From: an uncultured virus (IMG/VR IMGVR_UViG_3300021964_000020)
Taxonomy: Duplodnaviria; Heunggongvirae; Uroviricota; Caudoviricetes
Direction: 5' to 3' (one strand)
Virus record (IMG/VR): IMGVR_UViG_3300021964_000020
DNA: 64,000 nt
The notes beneath the pieces are model-generated. The model did not search any database. It had not been told where the DNA came from and saw nothing but the letters and a program-made list of their open reading frames with translations. Position numbers and translations under genes: made by a program. Shown here piece after piece: positions 18,758 to 27,251 of the stretch. Every line of letters begins with the position of its first letter. Positions within the stretch are counted from its first letter, which is position 1.

Positions 18758-19401
18758 AAAAGAAGAAGAAATACAAGATTATTCTTTTCTGTAACAAGGA
18801 GAGAAAGAAGTTGGTCTATCAAACAGTTAGTCTTCCCGCAATTAGAGATCTTTGGTACGAATTAAAGACCGAAAAGAAACCCCGTTATGTAAAAGAGTAT
18901 GGGGGCAAAAGAAATCAACAATTAGATTATGAATTGGCATTGATCTATCCCGATAATAGATGGGCGAAGAAGAAAACAGTCACTAAGAGAGATGAAATCG
19001 GTCGTTTATATGAGGCGGCGGTGGATACTAAAGGTTTTAGACTTAAAGAGATAATCCCATATTGGCAAGAGGAAAAGATTTATGACCATGACAATGGTAA
19101 ACACATTAGATATCACGAATTAATGTCAATATTGGAGTCGGTGGATGAGATTGCACAAATATTCACATTAAATACCAAACTATTCCTTCAGATTGAAAAC
19201 ACGATTAGAATGTTTGGTAATAAAAATTTAAACGATTCGGACAGATTGTTTGATTTACTGAGAGAGGACCTATTAAAAAACAAAAAAGGTAATTTCATCT
19301 TTGTTAAAGACATAACTACCTCACAGAGAAAATCCCTATATAATATGTTAGAAAAAAAGGGATATAAAAGAACTGATTTATTTAGACACTATTCTTACTA
19401 A
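18754..19401 (+). CDS. Basic hypothetical protein
   Basis: 215-aa Lys-rich ORF filling a gap with no minus-strand gene. Confidence 0.75.
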   Translation: MKKKKKYKIILFCNKERKKLVYQTVSLPAIRDLWYELKTEKKPRYVKEYGGKRNQQLDYELALIYPDNRWAKKKTVTKRDEIGRLYEAAVDTKGFRLKEIIPYWQEEKIYDHDNGKHIRYHELMSILESVDEIAQIFTLNTKLFLQIENTIRMFGNKNLNDSDRLFDLLREDLLKNKKGNFIFVKDITTSQRKSLYNMLEKKGYKRTDLFRHYSY

Positions 19402-19621
19402 ACACAAAAGGTATATCACCAATCACGATTGAAAATGTACCCGAGTCGTCATCTTCCACTTGTCCTCCGTATTTCTCATTTACATAATTAAGAATCCTAT
19501 CAAACTCCTCTTCAGTTAATTCAAAGAATGCAGTTGTATTAATGGAATCAAGATTTACCTTCTCGAGTAAATCCGATACGATCGCTAATTGATTTAATAT
19601 ATCACCCTTTTTATCACTCAC
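19382..19621 (-). CDS. Hypothetical protein
   Basis: 79-aa ORF whose start overlaps the upstream stop. Confidence 0.65.
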   Translation of the reverse strand: MSDKKGDILNQLAIVSDLLEKVNLDSINTTAFFELTEEEFDRILNYVNEKYGGQVEDDDSGTFSIVIGDIPFVFSKNSV

Positions 19622-19812
19622 AACCCTAAGAGAGTTTTAATTTTACTAAATAACTTATTTACTTTTGACTTCGGCTTCGGAGTCACGAAAAGATCCTCTT
19701 TCTTCATATTCTTCAGTTGTTGAATCATCTGTTTCTTGTGATTCTCCACCTCCAACTGATCCCTCTTCATCTCCTTCTCCAACCAAGCTAAGTCTTCCTT
19801 CTGTTGGCTCAT
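19618..19812 (-). CDS. Small coiled-coil hypothetical protein
   Basis: ATG at 19812 (MSQQKEDLAWLEKE...); stop coupled to the next ATG; overlaps the 3' end of the 171-aa ORF in another frame. Confidence 0.55.
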   Translation of the reverse strand: MSQQKEDLAWLEKEMKRDQLEVENHKKQMIQQLKNMKKEDLFVTPKPKSKVNKLFSKIKTLLGL

Positions 19813-20170
19813 CGTTTTCAAATTTTAATCTTTCGAGTTGTTCAAGAGTTAATGATTCAAACATACCTCTCATTTCTCGAACCTTCTTATCGAAAAGTTC
19901 TCTTTTCTTCTCTTCCTCTAAGTTCTTCTCTACAACTTCGTTGGCACATTTAAACGTCGTGTCATATCCATTTTGGGTTGCGGAGGAAACGAAAGAGATA
20001 AGTACGTCTTTATCATTCTTATCCTGAACTTTAACTTGCAGGGTTTTATATACTGATACAATCTTCTCGTACTTCCAAGAAGATGGTAATTTCAAATCCA
20101 AACTGACATTATCTTTTATTTCTCTCAAAGAGAAGAAGTATGGTCTTAATGATTTTATAATATCGTACAC
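19655..20170 (-). CDS. Hypothetical protein
   Basis: 171-aa ORF with globular N-terminus, coiled coil and acidic tail. Confidence 0.7.
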   Translation of the reverse strand: MYDIIKSLRPYFFSLREIKDNVSLDLKLPSSWKYEKIVSVYKTLQVKVQDKNDKDVLISFVSSATQNGYDTTFKCANEVVEKNLEEEKKRELFDKKVREMRGMFESLTLEQLERLKFENDEPTEGRLSLVGEGDEEGSVGGGESQETDDSTTEEYEERGSFRDSEAEVKSK

Positions 20171-20179
20171 TATGGTATT

Positions 20180-20359
20180 TTAAATTAAAATATATGTTAT
20201 TATATATGAAATGGTAAAATAGAAAATTACCTTCTCGTATGTATTAACGGACAATGGTTTTGCGTCGGTAACAAATAACTTTACAACGAATTCCACCACA
20301 AACCTTAGAATGAAGATTATTGATAAGACAAATAAAAATAAATCAATATTATTTATCAT
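20180..20359 (-). CDS. Small two-TM membrane protein (not in the ORF track)
   Basis: 59 aa MINNIDLFLFVLSIIFILRFVVEFVVKLFVTDAKPLSVNTYEKVIFYFTISYIITYILI; fills the gap, with its start overlapping the upstream gene. Confidence 0.65.
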   Translation of the reverse strand: MINNIDLFLFVLSIIFILRFVVEFVVKLFVTDAKPLSVNTYEKVIFYFTISYIITYILI

Positions 20360-20531
20360 GTCTCTTTATTTCGTCTAAAATTTCTTTCCTGAAATCGGAA
20401 ATTAGGGTCTTAACTTGTTGAGCGTACTTACGGGCCCTGATAGATGCCGATCTATTACCTTTCTCGTATACCTTGTTAGTATCGACCGACATTTTCTCTA
20501 CGAGATCCTTAATTTTACTTAACGTTTCCAT
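20349..20531 (-). CDS. Histone H1-like (Hc1-type) nucleoid protein
   Basis: EKGNRSASIRARK..K..ISDFRK matches the KGNKAAGxRARK helical Hc1 pattern of Bacteroidota. Confidence 0.75.
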   Translation of the reverse strand: METLSKIKDLVEKMSVDTNKVYEKGNRSASIRARKYAQQVKTLISDFRKEILDEIKRHDK

Positions 20532-20554
20532 ATATTTTTACCGTTTCTGATACT

Positions 20555-20583
20555 AATATACGGAATTTTTTTTATTAGTTCAA
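20555..20583 (-). promoter_or_regulatory. Sigma-70-like promoter
   Basis: TTGAAC-N17-TATATT. Confidence 0.6.
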
Positions 20584-21030
20584 GTTCTTTTCTAATAATT
20601 TATAGATTTCCGTAAGTACTGAAAGTTCTGATCTCGTCTTCTTGTGTTTGTAATTAAATAGTTTGTATAGGTACTCCTCCACTTTAATCTCTTCTTCATC
20701 CATCTTTAAAAAATAGAATGACTCTAAGAAGAAATCCCAAAAATATTCATAGTGTATACCCCTTTTATTTAAATTGATCTTCTCTTTGGATAGATTGTCG
20801 ACCGTTTTATCCCAACACCACGTGAAATGGATTCTTTGTTCTTCTTCCGTGATAATTGCATCAGGACCTAAGTAAGTTTCGTTGATTAAGAGATAGACGG
20901 AGTTTACAAAATCATAAAACAACTCTATCTTTTCTGTTGTAATACCATAAGCACGGTACCAAACTTCCGCTTGGTAACCGTAATCTTGCTTATTAAGTAT
21001 TTCTTTGAGATTCATGTCTTTATTTCCCAT
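20575..21030 (-). CDS. Hypothetical protein
   Basis: 151-aa aromatic-rich ORF with its own promoter. Confidence 0.75.
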   Translation of the reverse strand: MGNKDMNLKEILNKQDYGYQAEVWYRAYGITTEKIELFYDFVNSVYLLINETYLGPDAIITEEEQRIHFTWCWDKTVDNLSKEKINLNKRGIHYEYFWDFFLESFYFLKMDEEEIKVEEYLYKLFNYKHKKTRSELSVLTEIYKLLEKNLN

Positions 21031-21041
21031 ATTTCTACTAA

Positions 21042-21070
21042 AATATACGAATAAAAGAAAATAAAGACAA
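21042..21070 (-). promoter_or_regulatory. Sigma-70-like promoter
   Basis: TTGTCT-N17-TATATT. Confidence 0.6.
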
Positions 21071-21075
21071 TAGTA

Positions 21076-22278
21076 TTACTGAGTCTTTTCGTTGTAAGAA
21101 GAGAGTTTTTTCATTTTTTGGATTTCCTCTTCTAACACACTTTTCTTTTCTTCTACCGTTTCAGTTAAGTCCTCTTTCGATTCTTTAACAATCTTAACAG
21201 GTTGAACATCTTTTACGTACATCGGTTTTTCTTCGTCTCTTTTCTTTCTTTTCTCCGCTGTTTTCGCAATGTTTTTACCTGTATCGGTTGGAATGGTGTT
21301 TCCTCCATCTGCATTACCCATTGTAGAGTCTCCCTCTAACGCTTTCTTAAGTCTATCTTTAAACTCGTCTGTAGGTTCGTGATCGTAATCTAAATCCAAT
21401 GGATTTTCTCCCCTTTCCATTTCCATCTCTTCGTTTTGGTCGTCAGTGTTGTGTACCACTTTCTTAGGATCCAATGTTTCAGGTCCTCCTTTACCGACCG
21501 CCTTTGGAAATTCAGGATTATCATTACCCTCGACAGATAATGCATCTTTGATTTTCTTATCTACGTTACCCATATGTTCTTTAGTTTCTTTTCCACCTAC
21601 TTTGTGTGAGTCTTCCACCGCTTTTAGTCCCGGTATCGCCTCATTCACCATTTTAGTGATCATCTCTACTAATTCAGATTCAGTCATTCTTATAACCTTC
21701 TTATTTTCAGAAATGGTTTCTGTTTCGTTCATGTCACCACATTCACAAATACCCTCACCACATTTTTCACATGTAGTTTCATCAATATCCATTTCGATTT
21801 CACCTTTTCCTTCGTCTTCTTGCATGTCCCCACACTCACATAGTTCTTTACCACATTTTTCGCAGGTACTTTCATTGGTTTCACCCTTTCTTAGTTTTGC
21901 AAGATCCGACGCTTCGATCTTACCATCGTTATCAACATCTAATTTATGTTGTCCACCATGTAATTTTTCGTCAACTGATTGATTTTCTTCCATGTTTTCT
22001 GAATCTAATTCTTCACCTAACTGATCTAATTTGTCGATTAATTCTTCTTTAGACTCGTAGGTTTCTTCTTCCACGACAAATTTCTTGTCAGGATTATTTT
22101 TATTGTATTCTTCACACTTAGAGTCTGCTTCCTCTTTAGTGTCGCAAATTTCAACGTATTCACCCTCACACTTAACACAGTATGCGGTTTTACTACCCTT
22201 ACCTTCGTTAAGGATGGTATTCTTTATCTCGTTGGAGATAGTCTCTTCGATAATTTTATTTAAGTCTGAAACTTTCAT
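21076..22278 (-). CDS. Acidic protein, putative head-internal/scaffold type
   Basis: E/K-rich; EF-hand-like DVDNDGKIEASD; two CEKCGxxxCECG motifs; IRMTESEL motif. Confidence 0.6.
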   Translation of the reverse strand: MKVSDLNKIIEETISNEIKNTILNEGKGSKTAYCVKCEGEYVEICDTKEEADSKCEEYNKNNPDKKFVVEEETYESKEELIDKLDQLGEELDSENMEENQSVDEKLHGGQHKLDVDNDGKIEASDLAKLRKGETNESTCEKCGKELCECGDMQEDEGKGEIEMDIDETTCEKCGEGICECGDMNETETISENKKVIRMTESELVEMITKMVNEAIPGLKAVEDSHKVGGKETKEHMGNVDKKIKDALSVEGNDNPEFPKAVGKGGPETLDPKKVVHNTDDQNEEMEMERGENPLDLDYDHEPTDEFKDRLKKALEGDSTMGNADGGNTIPTDTGKNIAKTAEKRKKRDEEKPMYVKDVQPVKIVKESKEDLTETVEEKKSVLEEEIQKMKKLSSYNEKTQ

Positions 22279-22279
22279 A

Positions 22280-22774
22280 TTATATAAATATGCTCTTTAT
22301 CTCGTTTATTACGATTTTCTCCACCTCATTATACGGTATTCCGTACTTTTTAGATACGTCTCTTACTGCTTCATTTAATTCTTCACTTTCATAGAATTCT
22401 AAAGCGTTTATATCACCCTCATTACAGTAAGGGAATTTCTTACATTTCTCCTTAACTTTAACAAAGACACCCTCGGGACCACCATATAATGGGAAATTAC
22501 TCTTTCTGAGTTGTTTCATCCTTTTTTTAATTGAATCAGGTCCGTCAATCTTAAGTGGATTACTCTTTCCTGTTCCAAATGGTGCATCGTATTGACCCGC
22601 CGAAGAAGTTGCAGTTGATAGGGCTTCAGTAAACTCACCCTCTTCAACCTCATCCTCGTTGTATTTCTTTTTATTGTGGATTTTATATATCTCTCTTTTG
22701 GTAATGAAGTTCATCGGTGCTTCAAAGGAACCCGCAGAACCTGACATTGTTGCCTCTTTAGTTTCTTTTTTCAT
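22280..22774 (-). CDS. Hypothetical protein
   Basis: 164 aa; two EA..S.(S)AG.(F/Y).AP motifs; CKKFPYC. Confidence 0.7.
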   Translation of the reverse strand: MKKETKEATMSGSAGSFEAPMNFITKREIYKIHNKKKYNEDEVEEGEFTEALSTATSSAGQYDAPFGTGKSNPLKIDGPDSIKKRMKQLRKSNFPLYGGPEGVFVKVKEKCKKFPYCNEGDINALEFYESEELNEAVRDVSKKYGIPYNEVEKIVINEIKSIFI

Positions 22775-23013
22775 TACTTAACGTTTTTTAATGGTCCCTC
22801 CCAAAAAGACTTACGTTGCCATAACTGTTTGAATAACTCTACAACAACCTTTGTAGATAAATCCACTACTTTTTGGTTTATGTCTCTCGTACCCATTTCT
22901 TTTTTAACCATATCAATTACGGTTTTATGTGCTTGGGTATCCTTCAAGAAATCTTTGATCTCTTTCTTGACAATAGCTTCAATTTGTTTTTTATCTGTTG
23001 CTGTTAATGACAT
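22774..23013 (-). CDS. Hypothetical protein
   Basis: 79-aa helical ORF coupled to neighbours. Confidence 0.7.
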   Translation of the reverse strand: MSLTATDKKQIEAIVKKEIKDFLKDTQAHKTVIDMVKKEMGTRDINQKVVDLSTKVVVELFKQLWQRKSFWEGPLKNVK

Positions 23014-23014
23014 C

Positions 23015-23518
23015 TTAATCTATTCTTCTTTGTGATATTACATCATTCATCGCATCTGCAAACACATCCTCAAACTTTAATAGTTTTTCAATGGACTCTA
23101 AAGACTCATAAGAGACCTTTAACATCGCAGTGTTCAGATAAACACCTTTATTTTTACCCGCAATAATAACAAAGTCAATCTCCACGTCAGGTAAATTACC
23201 GTCTAACCTAACCTGATTAGGTTGTATGGTGATGCCAGGACGAAGATCTCCTAAATCAGATACCTGAGTACCAAAATTAGAAATTACGTCACTCACGGAC
23301 TTCTTTTGTTGGTCGTTCAACTGTAAATCCTCTTCAGTAGATGCAATCATAGTGACTACAACCCCATCAACAACAGTTGATACGTTTTCCATCTTCTTTT
23401 CGGTGTTATCTTCCTGTTCGTTAAGGGATTTCTTGTTTAGTTGAGATTCATTAAGGTTTCTTAATGTATTCAACATTCTTTTTGTCTTGTCGTAGTCCAT
23501 ATGTGTTTCAAATTTCAT
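23015..23518 (-). CDS. Hypothetical protein
   Basis: 167-aa ORF; LNE motifs near the N-terminus. Confidence 0.7.
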   Translation of the reverse strand: MKFETHMDYDKTKRMLNTLRNLNESQLNKKSLNEQEDNTEKKMENVSTVVDGVVVTMIASTEEDLQLNDQQKKSVSDVISNFGTQVSDLGDLRPGITIQPNQVRLDGNLPDVEIDFVIIAGKNKGVYLNTAMLKVSYESLESIEKLLKFEDVFADAMNDVISQRRID

Positions 23519-24113
23519 CTTCTATAAAATTTTTAAAATTAAACGAAGGGTTTATATCTGTATAAATATTTGAAAAGTTGGATTTACATACGATTCCCCT
23601 AAAATTCTCTACGTTTTCTATGAATCCGTTGCCCGGAACAACCCTTTCATCTATATTATAGGTTTCGCAGAGGTATCTGCAAAGTTCCACTGTGGTTTCT
23701 TGTTGTTGTTCGGTGTATCTATCCCAATAAAATCTATCTCTCCAACTTCTAACATAAGGTTCAGACCTATGTGGGTCATTGATCCAATTACTGAAGTACC
23801 CCGTGATCGTGTTTTTTTGTAACCATCCTAAGTTTTCTATTGCAATTTTGATCTGTTTACGATCAACTTTATCATTACCGAAGGTTTTTGAGGAAAATTC
23901 AGGATCAAGGACTTTATAAACATCCCCCATTTTACTTATAATGAAATGAGGAATATCATCGTATTCCCCATTGTATCTGTACTTAATTTTATTTACGAAA
24001 TCGTCAATCCTTCTCTTAGTATCATATAAAAAGATCTGTTTCTTTTTATATTTTCTTTTAGAGTGGTTAAGTGTTTTACTATCTATTGTTTCTACGTCTC
24101 GAATTTCCAACAT
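23508..24113 (-). CDS. N-acetylmuramoyl-L-alanine amidase (Amidase_2)-like protein, probably non-catalytic
   Basis: PHFIISKMGDVY; IAIENLG; YTEQQ..L...L...YNI; TDINPSF. The zinc-ligand His positions read YDT and CKS. Confidence 0.7.
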   Translation of the reverse strand: MLEIRDVETIDSKTLNHSKRKYKKKQIFLYDTKRRIDDFVNKIKYRYNGEYDDIPHFIISKMGDVYKVLDPEFSSKTFGNDKVDRKQIKIAIENLGWLQKNTITGYFSNWINDPHRSEPYVRSWRDRFYWDRYTEQQQETTVELCRYLCETYNIDERVVPGNGFIENVENFRGIVCKSNFSNIYTDINPSFNFKNFIEDEI

Positions 24114-24357
24114 TCCTTACAATTACTTTAGATCCTACTTGAATGAAATTATTTTGGGGTGGTGGTGATTTTTCCATATATAAATCATCCACGTATTCAG
24201 TAGGTAATGGTGTTGGGAGGGGTGTTTCTGTAGGTGAGGGGGTAGAAGTTGGTATAGGGGTTACGGTTGGGCTTGGTGTCGATGTTGGGTCGGGTGTGTT
24301 AGAAGGAGTTAAAGTTAATGTCGGAGTTGGGGTTCCTGAAGGTGTTACCTCTATTAA
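24079..24357 (-). CDS. Start-less Pro/Thr-rich -1-frame extension of the upstream membrane protein
   Basis: 92 open codons LIEVTPSGTPTPT...RNVGNSRRRNNR directly after an A10 run; an in-frame TGA lies immediately before the run. Confidence 0.6.
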   Translation of the reverse strand, partial: LIEVTPSGTPTPTLTLTPSNTPDPTSTPSPTVTPIPTSTPSPTETPLPTPLPTEYVDDLYMEKSPPPQNNFIQVGSKVIVRNVGNSRRRNNR

Positions 24358-25628
24358 TTTTTTTTTTCAGGGTCTTCTTGATCCTGAATGGGTTCTCTAA
24401 CAATAAAGTTTGGTTTAGGTTGTTCTGTTGGTTCGGGTGTGGTTATTTTACCTGTTTGGATATCCAACTGTGCGGTTTCAACACTATCGGGTAATTGAAC
24501 GTCCTCTTCTTGTTCTGTTTGATCCCAAGATCTTGTTTGTACTAAATATTCCTCCAATTGTTCGTATCGATTTGCAGGTCTATTTGTTGCCGTTGGTTCG
24601 GGTGTCTCCGTTTTTACTTCAACATCAAACTCAATATTTGTGGATTCGGGTAACTCATCCAACACGACATCAATCTTTTTGATTTCTTCAGTTGTTTCTA
24701 TAACCTCTTCTTGTGGTAAGTCTTCAACCATATCATTAAGGACCTGATCCAATGCATGATCCTCATCCCATTCTTCATTCTCTAATCCGTCTTCTAACGT
24801 TGAATCCCAATCTCTGTAATCCTCCTCCGTTGGTTCAGGGATCTCATCCATCCAACTTGGTGGTTCCACTCCTCTTGCCTCATCAGGTAATGGTTCGTCG
24901 TAAAGACCAAGATCCTCATCATTTCGAATCATCTCCTTTAGGAGTTCTCTTTGTTCCTCCTTAGTAATTCTTTCTTTTGGTTCTTTTTTGATTTCGTTGT
25001 GAGGGTACTTCTTAAGTAAGTCTTCAATTCTATCCAACTCCTCTTGTGATGGTCTGAAACGAGACACCTCTGCAACCAAGTCAGATGCGTCTATCTTGTC
25101 TTCCTGTATAGTTTCGTCACCTAATTCGGAATTTTCCCGATTAACCTCTTCTTTTTTGGCATTATTCTCTTCTTGGAACTTAACCAACATATGTAAGAAT
25201 GAAAGTGAGATTAGTGGTAACATTCCACCCGCAAAAATTGCAAGGAATCGTCTATGTGATTGTAAGTCTCCCTGTTCAATACCTGAATATTCTAAAATGG
25301 GTCCAACTAATTCAACCCATGAAAGGAATTGTTCACTATCTATTTTGATATATTCAAACGCAAAAAATATGTTACCCACAAACTGAATTAAGGTAACAAT
25401 TCCAAAGGGTACATATACTTTAGACCCCATTTGTGCGGATATCGCAGCTAACGCCGACAATGCAGCAATCTCAATACCTATTGAAAGGTATACCGCCCAT
25501 GATAATGGATTAGAAATACCGTACCACTGAGTTACGTGTGATATCGATACAATTGCAACAGTAATGATTGGTACAAGAAACGCAAAATATATTATTGCCT
25601 TAAAATTCTTACTAAACCACTTACCCAT
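24354..25628 (-). CDS. Multi-pass membrane protein with long acidic tail
   Basis: About four hydrophobic segments in the first ~150 aa, then an E/D/P-rich disordered tail ending EKKN. Confidence 0.8.
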   Translation of the reverse strand: MGKWFSKNFKAIIYFAFLVPIITVAIVSISHVTQWYGISNPLSWAVYLSIGIEIAALSALAAISAQMGSKVYVPFGIVTLIQFVGNIFFAFEYIKIDSEQFLSWVELVGPILEYSGIEQGDLQSHRRFLAIFAGGMLPLISLSFLHMLVKFQEENNAKKEEVNRENSELGDETIQEDKIDASDLVAEVSRFRPSQEELDRIEDLLKKYPHNEIKKEPKERITKEEQRELLKEMIRNDEDLGLYDEPLPDEARGVEPPSWMDEIPEPTEEDYRDWDSTLEDGLENEEWDEDHALDQVLNDMVEDLPQEEVIETTEEIKKIDVVLDELPESTNIEFDVEVKTETPEPTATNRPANRYEQLEEYLVQTRSWDQTEQEEDVQLPDSVETAQLDIQTGKITTPEPTEQPKPNFIVREPIQDQEDPEKKN

Positions 25629-25631
25629 TTA

Positions 25632-25919
25632 TTATTTGAGTTGTCCTTCCAATACTTCCAACTCCTTTTCAATCTCTGTTTGTCTGTCTAAGTCGAACAT
25701 TTTTCTATCCGTAGCTTGGATCATTCTGTGTTCACTTTTAAGACCCTCTATTTTAAGTCTAAGATTGAGTTCTTCTTTGTTGAATGTATTTTCCTTTATG
25801 TCCTGTATCTCTTTTTTGATTGCGGTGAGTTCTCTACTGTCACCACAACCTCTAAAGAAGGTCAATATTAGGACCACAAAGACCACTATTGTAAAATATT
25901 TGTCTAAAAACTTCTTCAT
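25632..25919 (-). CDS. Small membrane-anchored/lipoprotein-like coiled-coil protein
   Basis: N-terminal hydrophobic helix followed by RGCG, then coiled coil. Confidence 0.7.
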   Translation of the reverse strand: MKKFLDKYFTIVVFVVLILTFFRGCGDSRELTAIKKEIQDIKENTFNKEELNLRLKIEGLKSEHRMIQATDRKMFDLDRQTEIEKELEVLEGQLK

Positions 25920-25937
25920 ATCTAAATGTTTATACCA

Positions 25938-26750
25938 TTATAAATACTTAAGTAAGGTAAAACTCTCGTTACGTAGTTTTTTCATTGCCTTCTCCTTAAG
26001 TTGTCTTATTCTTTCTTTTGTACACCCGAATTCTTCACCCAAATCTTCCAAATTACTTTGGATCCCATTTAAACCGAAGTACTTTTCGATTATCGTTCTT
26101 TCCTTTTCACTTAGGATTGAGAGTGCCTTTCTAACGTGTTTCTTTCTTTCATTCTCATTATCTAAATAGTTTTCGGGGTTAGGTGAATCTTTATTTACAA
26201 TGATATCGATCAATTGATCCCCTTCACTATTTATCTCATCACTTAAATTTACGGTTTTAGGTATTAATTGTAAAGACTGTTTTTCGTATTTCGACAAGAA
26301 ATTAGGGTCGTCCTCAGTAAATGTGAGTTTTTTATTTTTTTGATGTTCCTGAATTACGTTAGATGGTACACGGATAGTCCTTCCATTATCATTCAGGGAC
26401 GACATGATTGCCTGTCTAATCCACCAAACCGCATAGGAAATAAATTTAACTCTCTTATTAGGGTTAAACTCTTTGGCTGCCCTCATCATACCCAAATTAC
26501 CCTCAGATACAAGATCGGGTAAATCCAAACCTTGATTCATGTATTGTTTCGCAACACTTATCACAAAACGAAGATTCCCGACAACCAATTCGTTCTCTAA
26601 TTGAACTTTTTGTTCGGGAGTGATGTTTTTGTTTTTGAGTAGTTTGATAATTTGTTTAAGACGTTCGTTGGTGGTGACGGGTATCTTTTTTATGTCTTTG
26701 AGATAGAACGAGATCTCTTCGGCGTTTAGATACGAGTTTGGTTTCTGCAT
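25938..26750 (-). CDS. rpoD: RNA polymerase sigma-70 factor, RpoD/SigA family
   Basis: Region 2 NLRFVISVAKQY..DLVSEGNLG..KFISYAVWWIRQAI; region 4 LEDLGEEFGCTKERIRQLKEKAMKKLR; lacks region 1.1. Confidence 0.93.
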   Translation of the reverse strand: MQKPNSYLNAEEISFYLKDIKKIPVTTNERLKQIIKLLKNKNITPEQKVQLENELVVGNLRFVISVAKQYMNQGLDLPDLVSEGNLGMMRAAKEFNPNKRVKFISYAVWWIRQAIMSSLNDNGRTIRVPSNVIQEHQKNKKLTFTEDDPNFLSKYEKQSLQLIPKTVNLSDEINSEGDQLIDIIVNKDSPNPENYLDNENERKKHVRKALSILSEKERTIIEKYFGLNGIQSNLEDLGEEFGCTKERIRQLKEKAMKKLRNESFTLLKYL

Positions 26751-26784
26751 AGGTTGTTGTATTATAAAGTGAAAACGAGTAACT

Positions 26785-26813
26785 AATATAAAAAAATTTA
26801 TTTAATATTCAAA
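26785..26813 (-). promoter_or_regulatory. Sigma-70-like promoter upstream of the sigma gene
   Basis: TTTGAA-N17-TATATT. Confidence 0.5.
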
Positions 26814-27251
26814 ATCATCTAAGAACTTTTTTTCGTCTTTTGTTAAACTGTCGATACCCTCCTTCTTAATCTTCTCTAACACCTGATCTAAATCCAACGA
26901 TTCAATCCTACTTTGTTTAGAATATTGTATCATTAAGAATTGATCGGGCTTGTCAAGTTTAAAAATAAAGTCCTTAACTTCTTGTGGTAGGTGTGCAGCA
27001 ATTATCTCATCCTTTCTAAACAAGAAGTAAAACTTTACGTTTTGATCCAACAAGTCTTCATGTATCGACGTAGACAAGTCTGTCTGATCTTTCTTGGAAT
27101 CTAAGATGACAATTAAATTCTTATTGTTCTCTACAATGAATTTTAATTTATCAACAGCGGGGTTTTCTAATAGTACCTCGTTGCAGTAGTATTCAATGTC
27201 TTCGATATCATCAAACATACCGTAGATAAAAAGTACATAACTATTTAACAT
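26802..27251 (-). CDS. Hypothetical protein with DUF6576-like C-terminus
   Basis: C-terminal LDQVLEKIKKEGIDSLTKDEKKFLD. Confidence 0.65.
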   Translation of the reverse strand: MLNSYVLFIYGMFDDIEDIEYYCNEVLLENPAVDKLKFIVENNKNLIVILDSKKDQTDLSTSIHEDLLDQNVKFYFLFRKDEIIAAHLPQEVKDFIFKLDKPDQFLMIQYSKQSRIESLDLDQVLEKIKKEGIDSLTKDEKKFLDDFEY

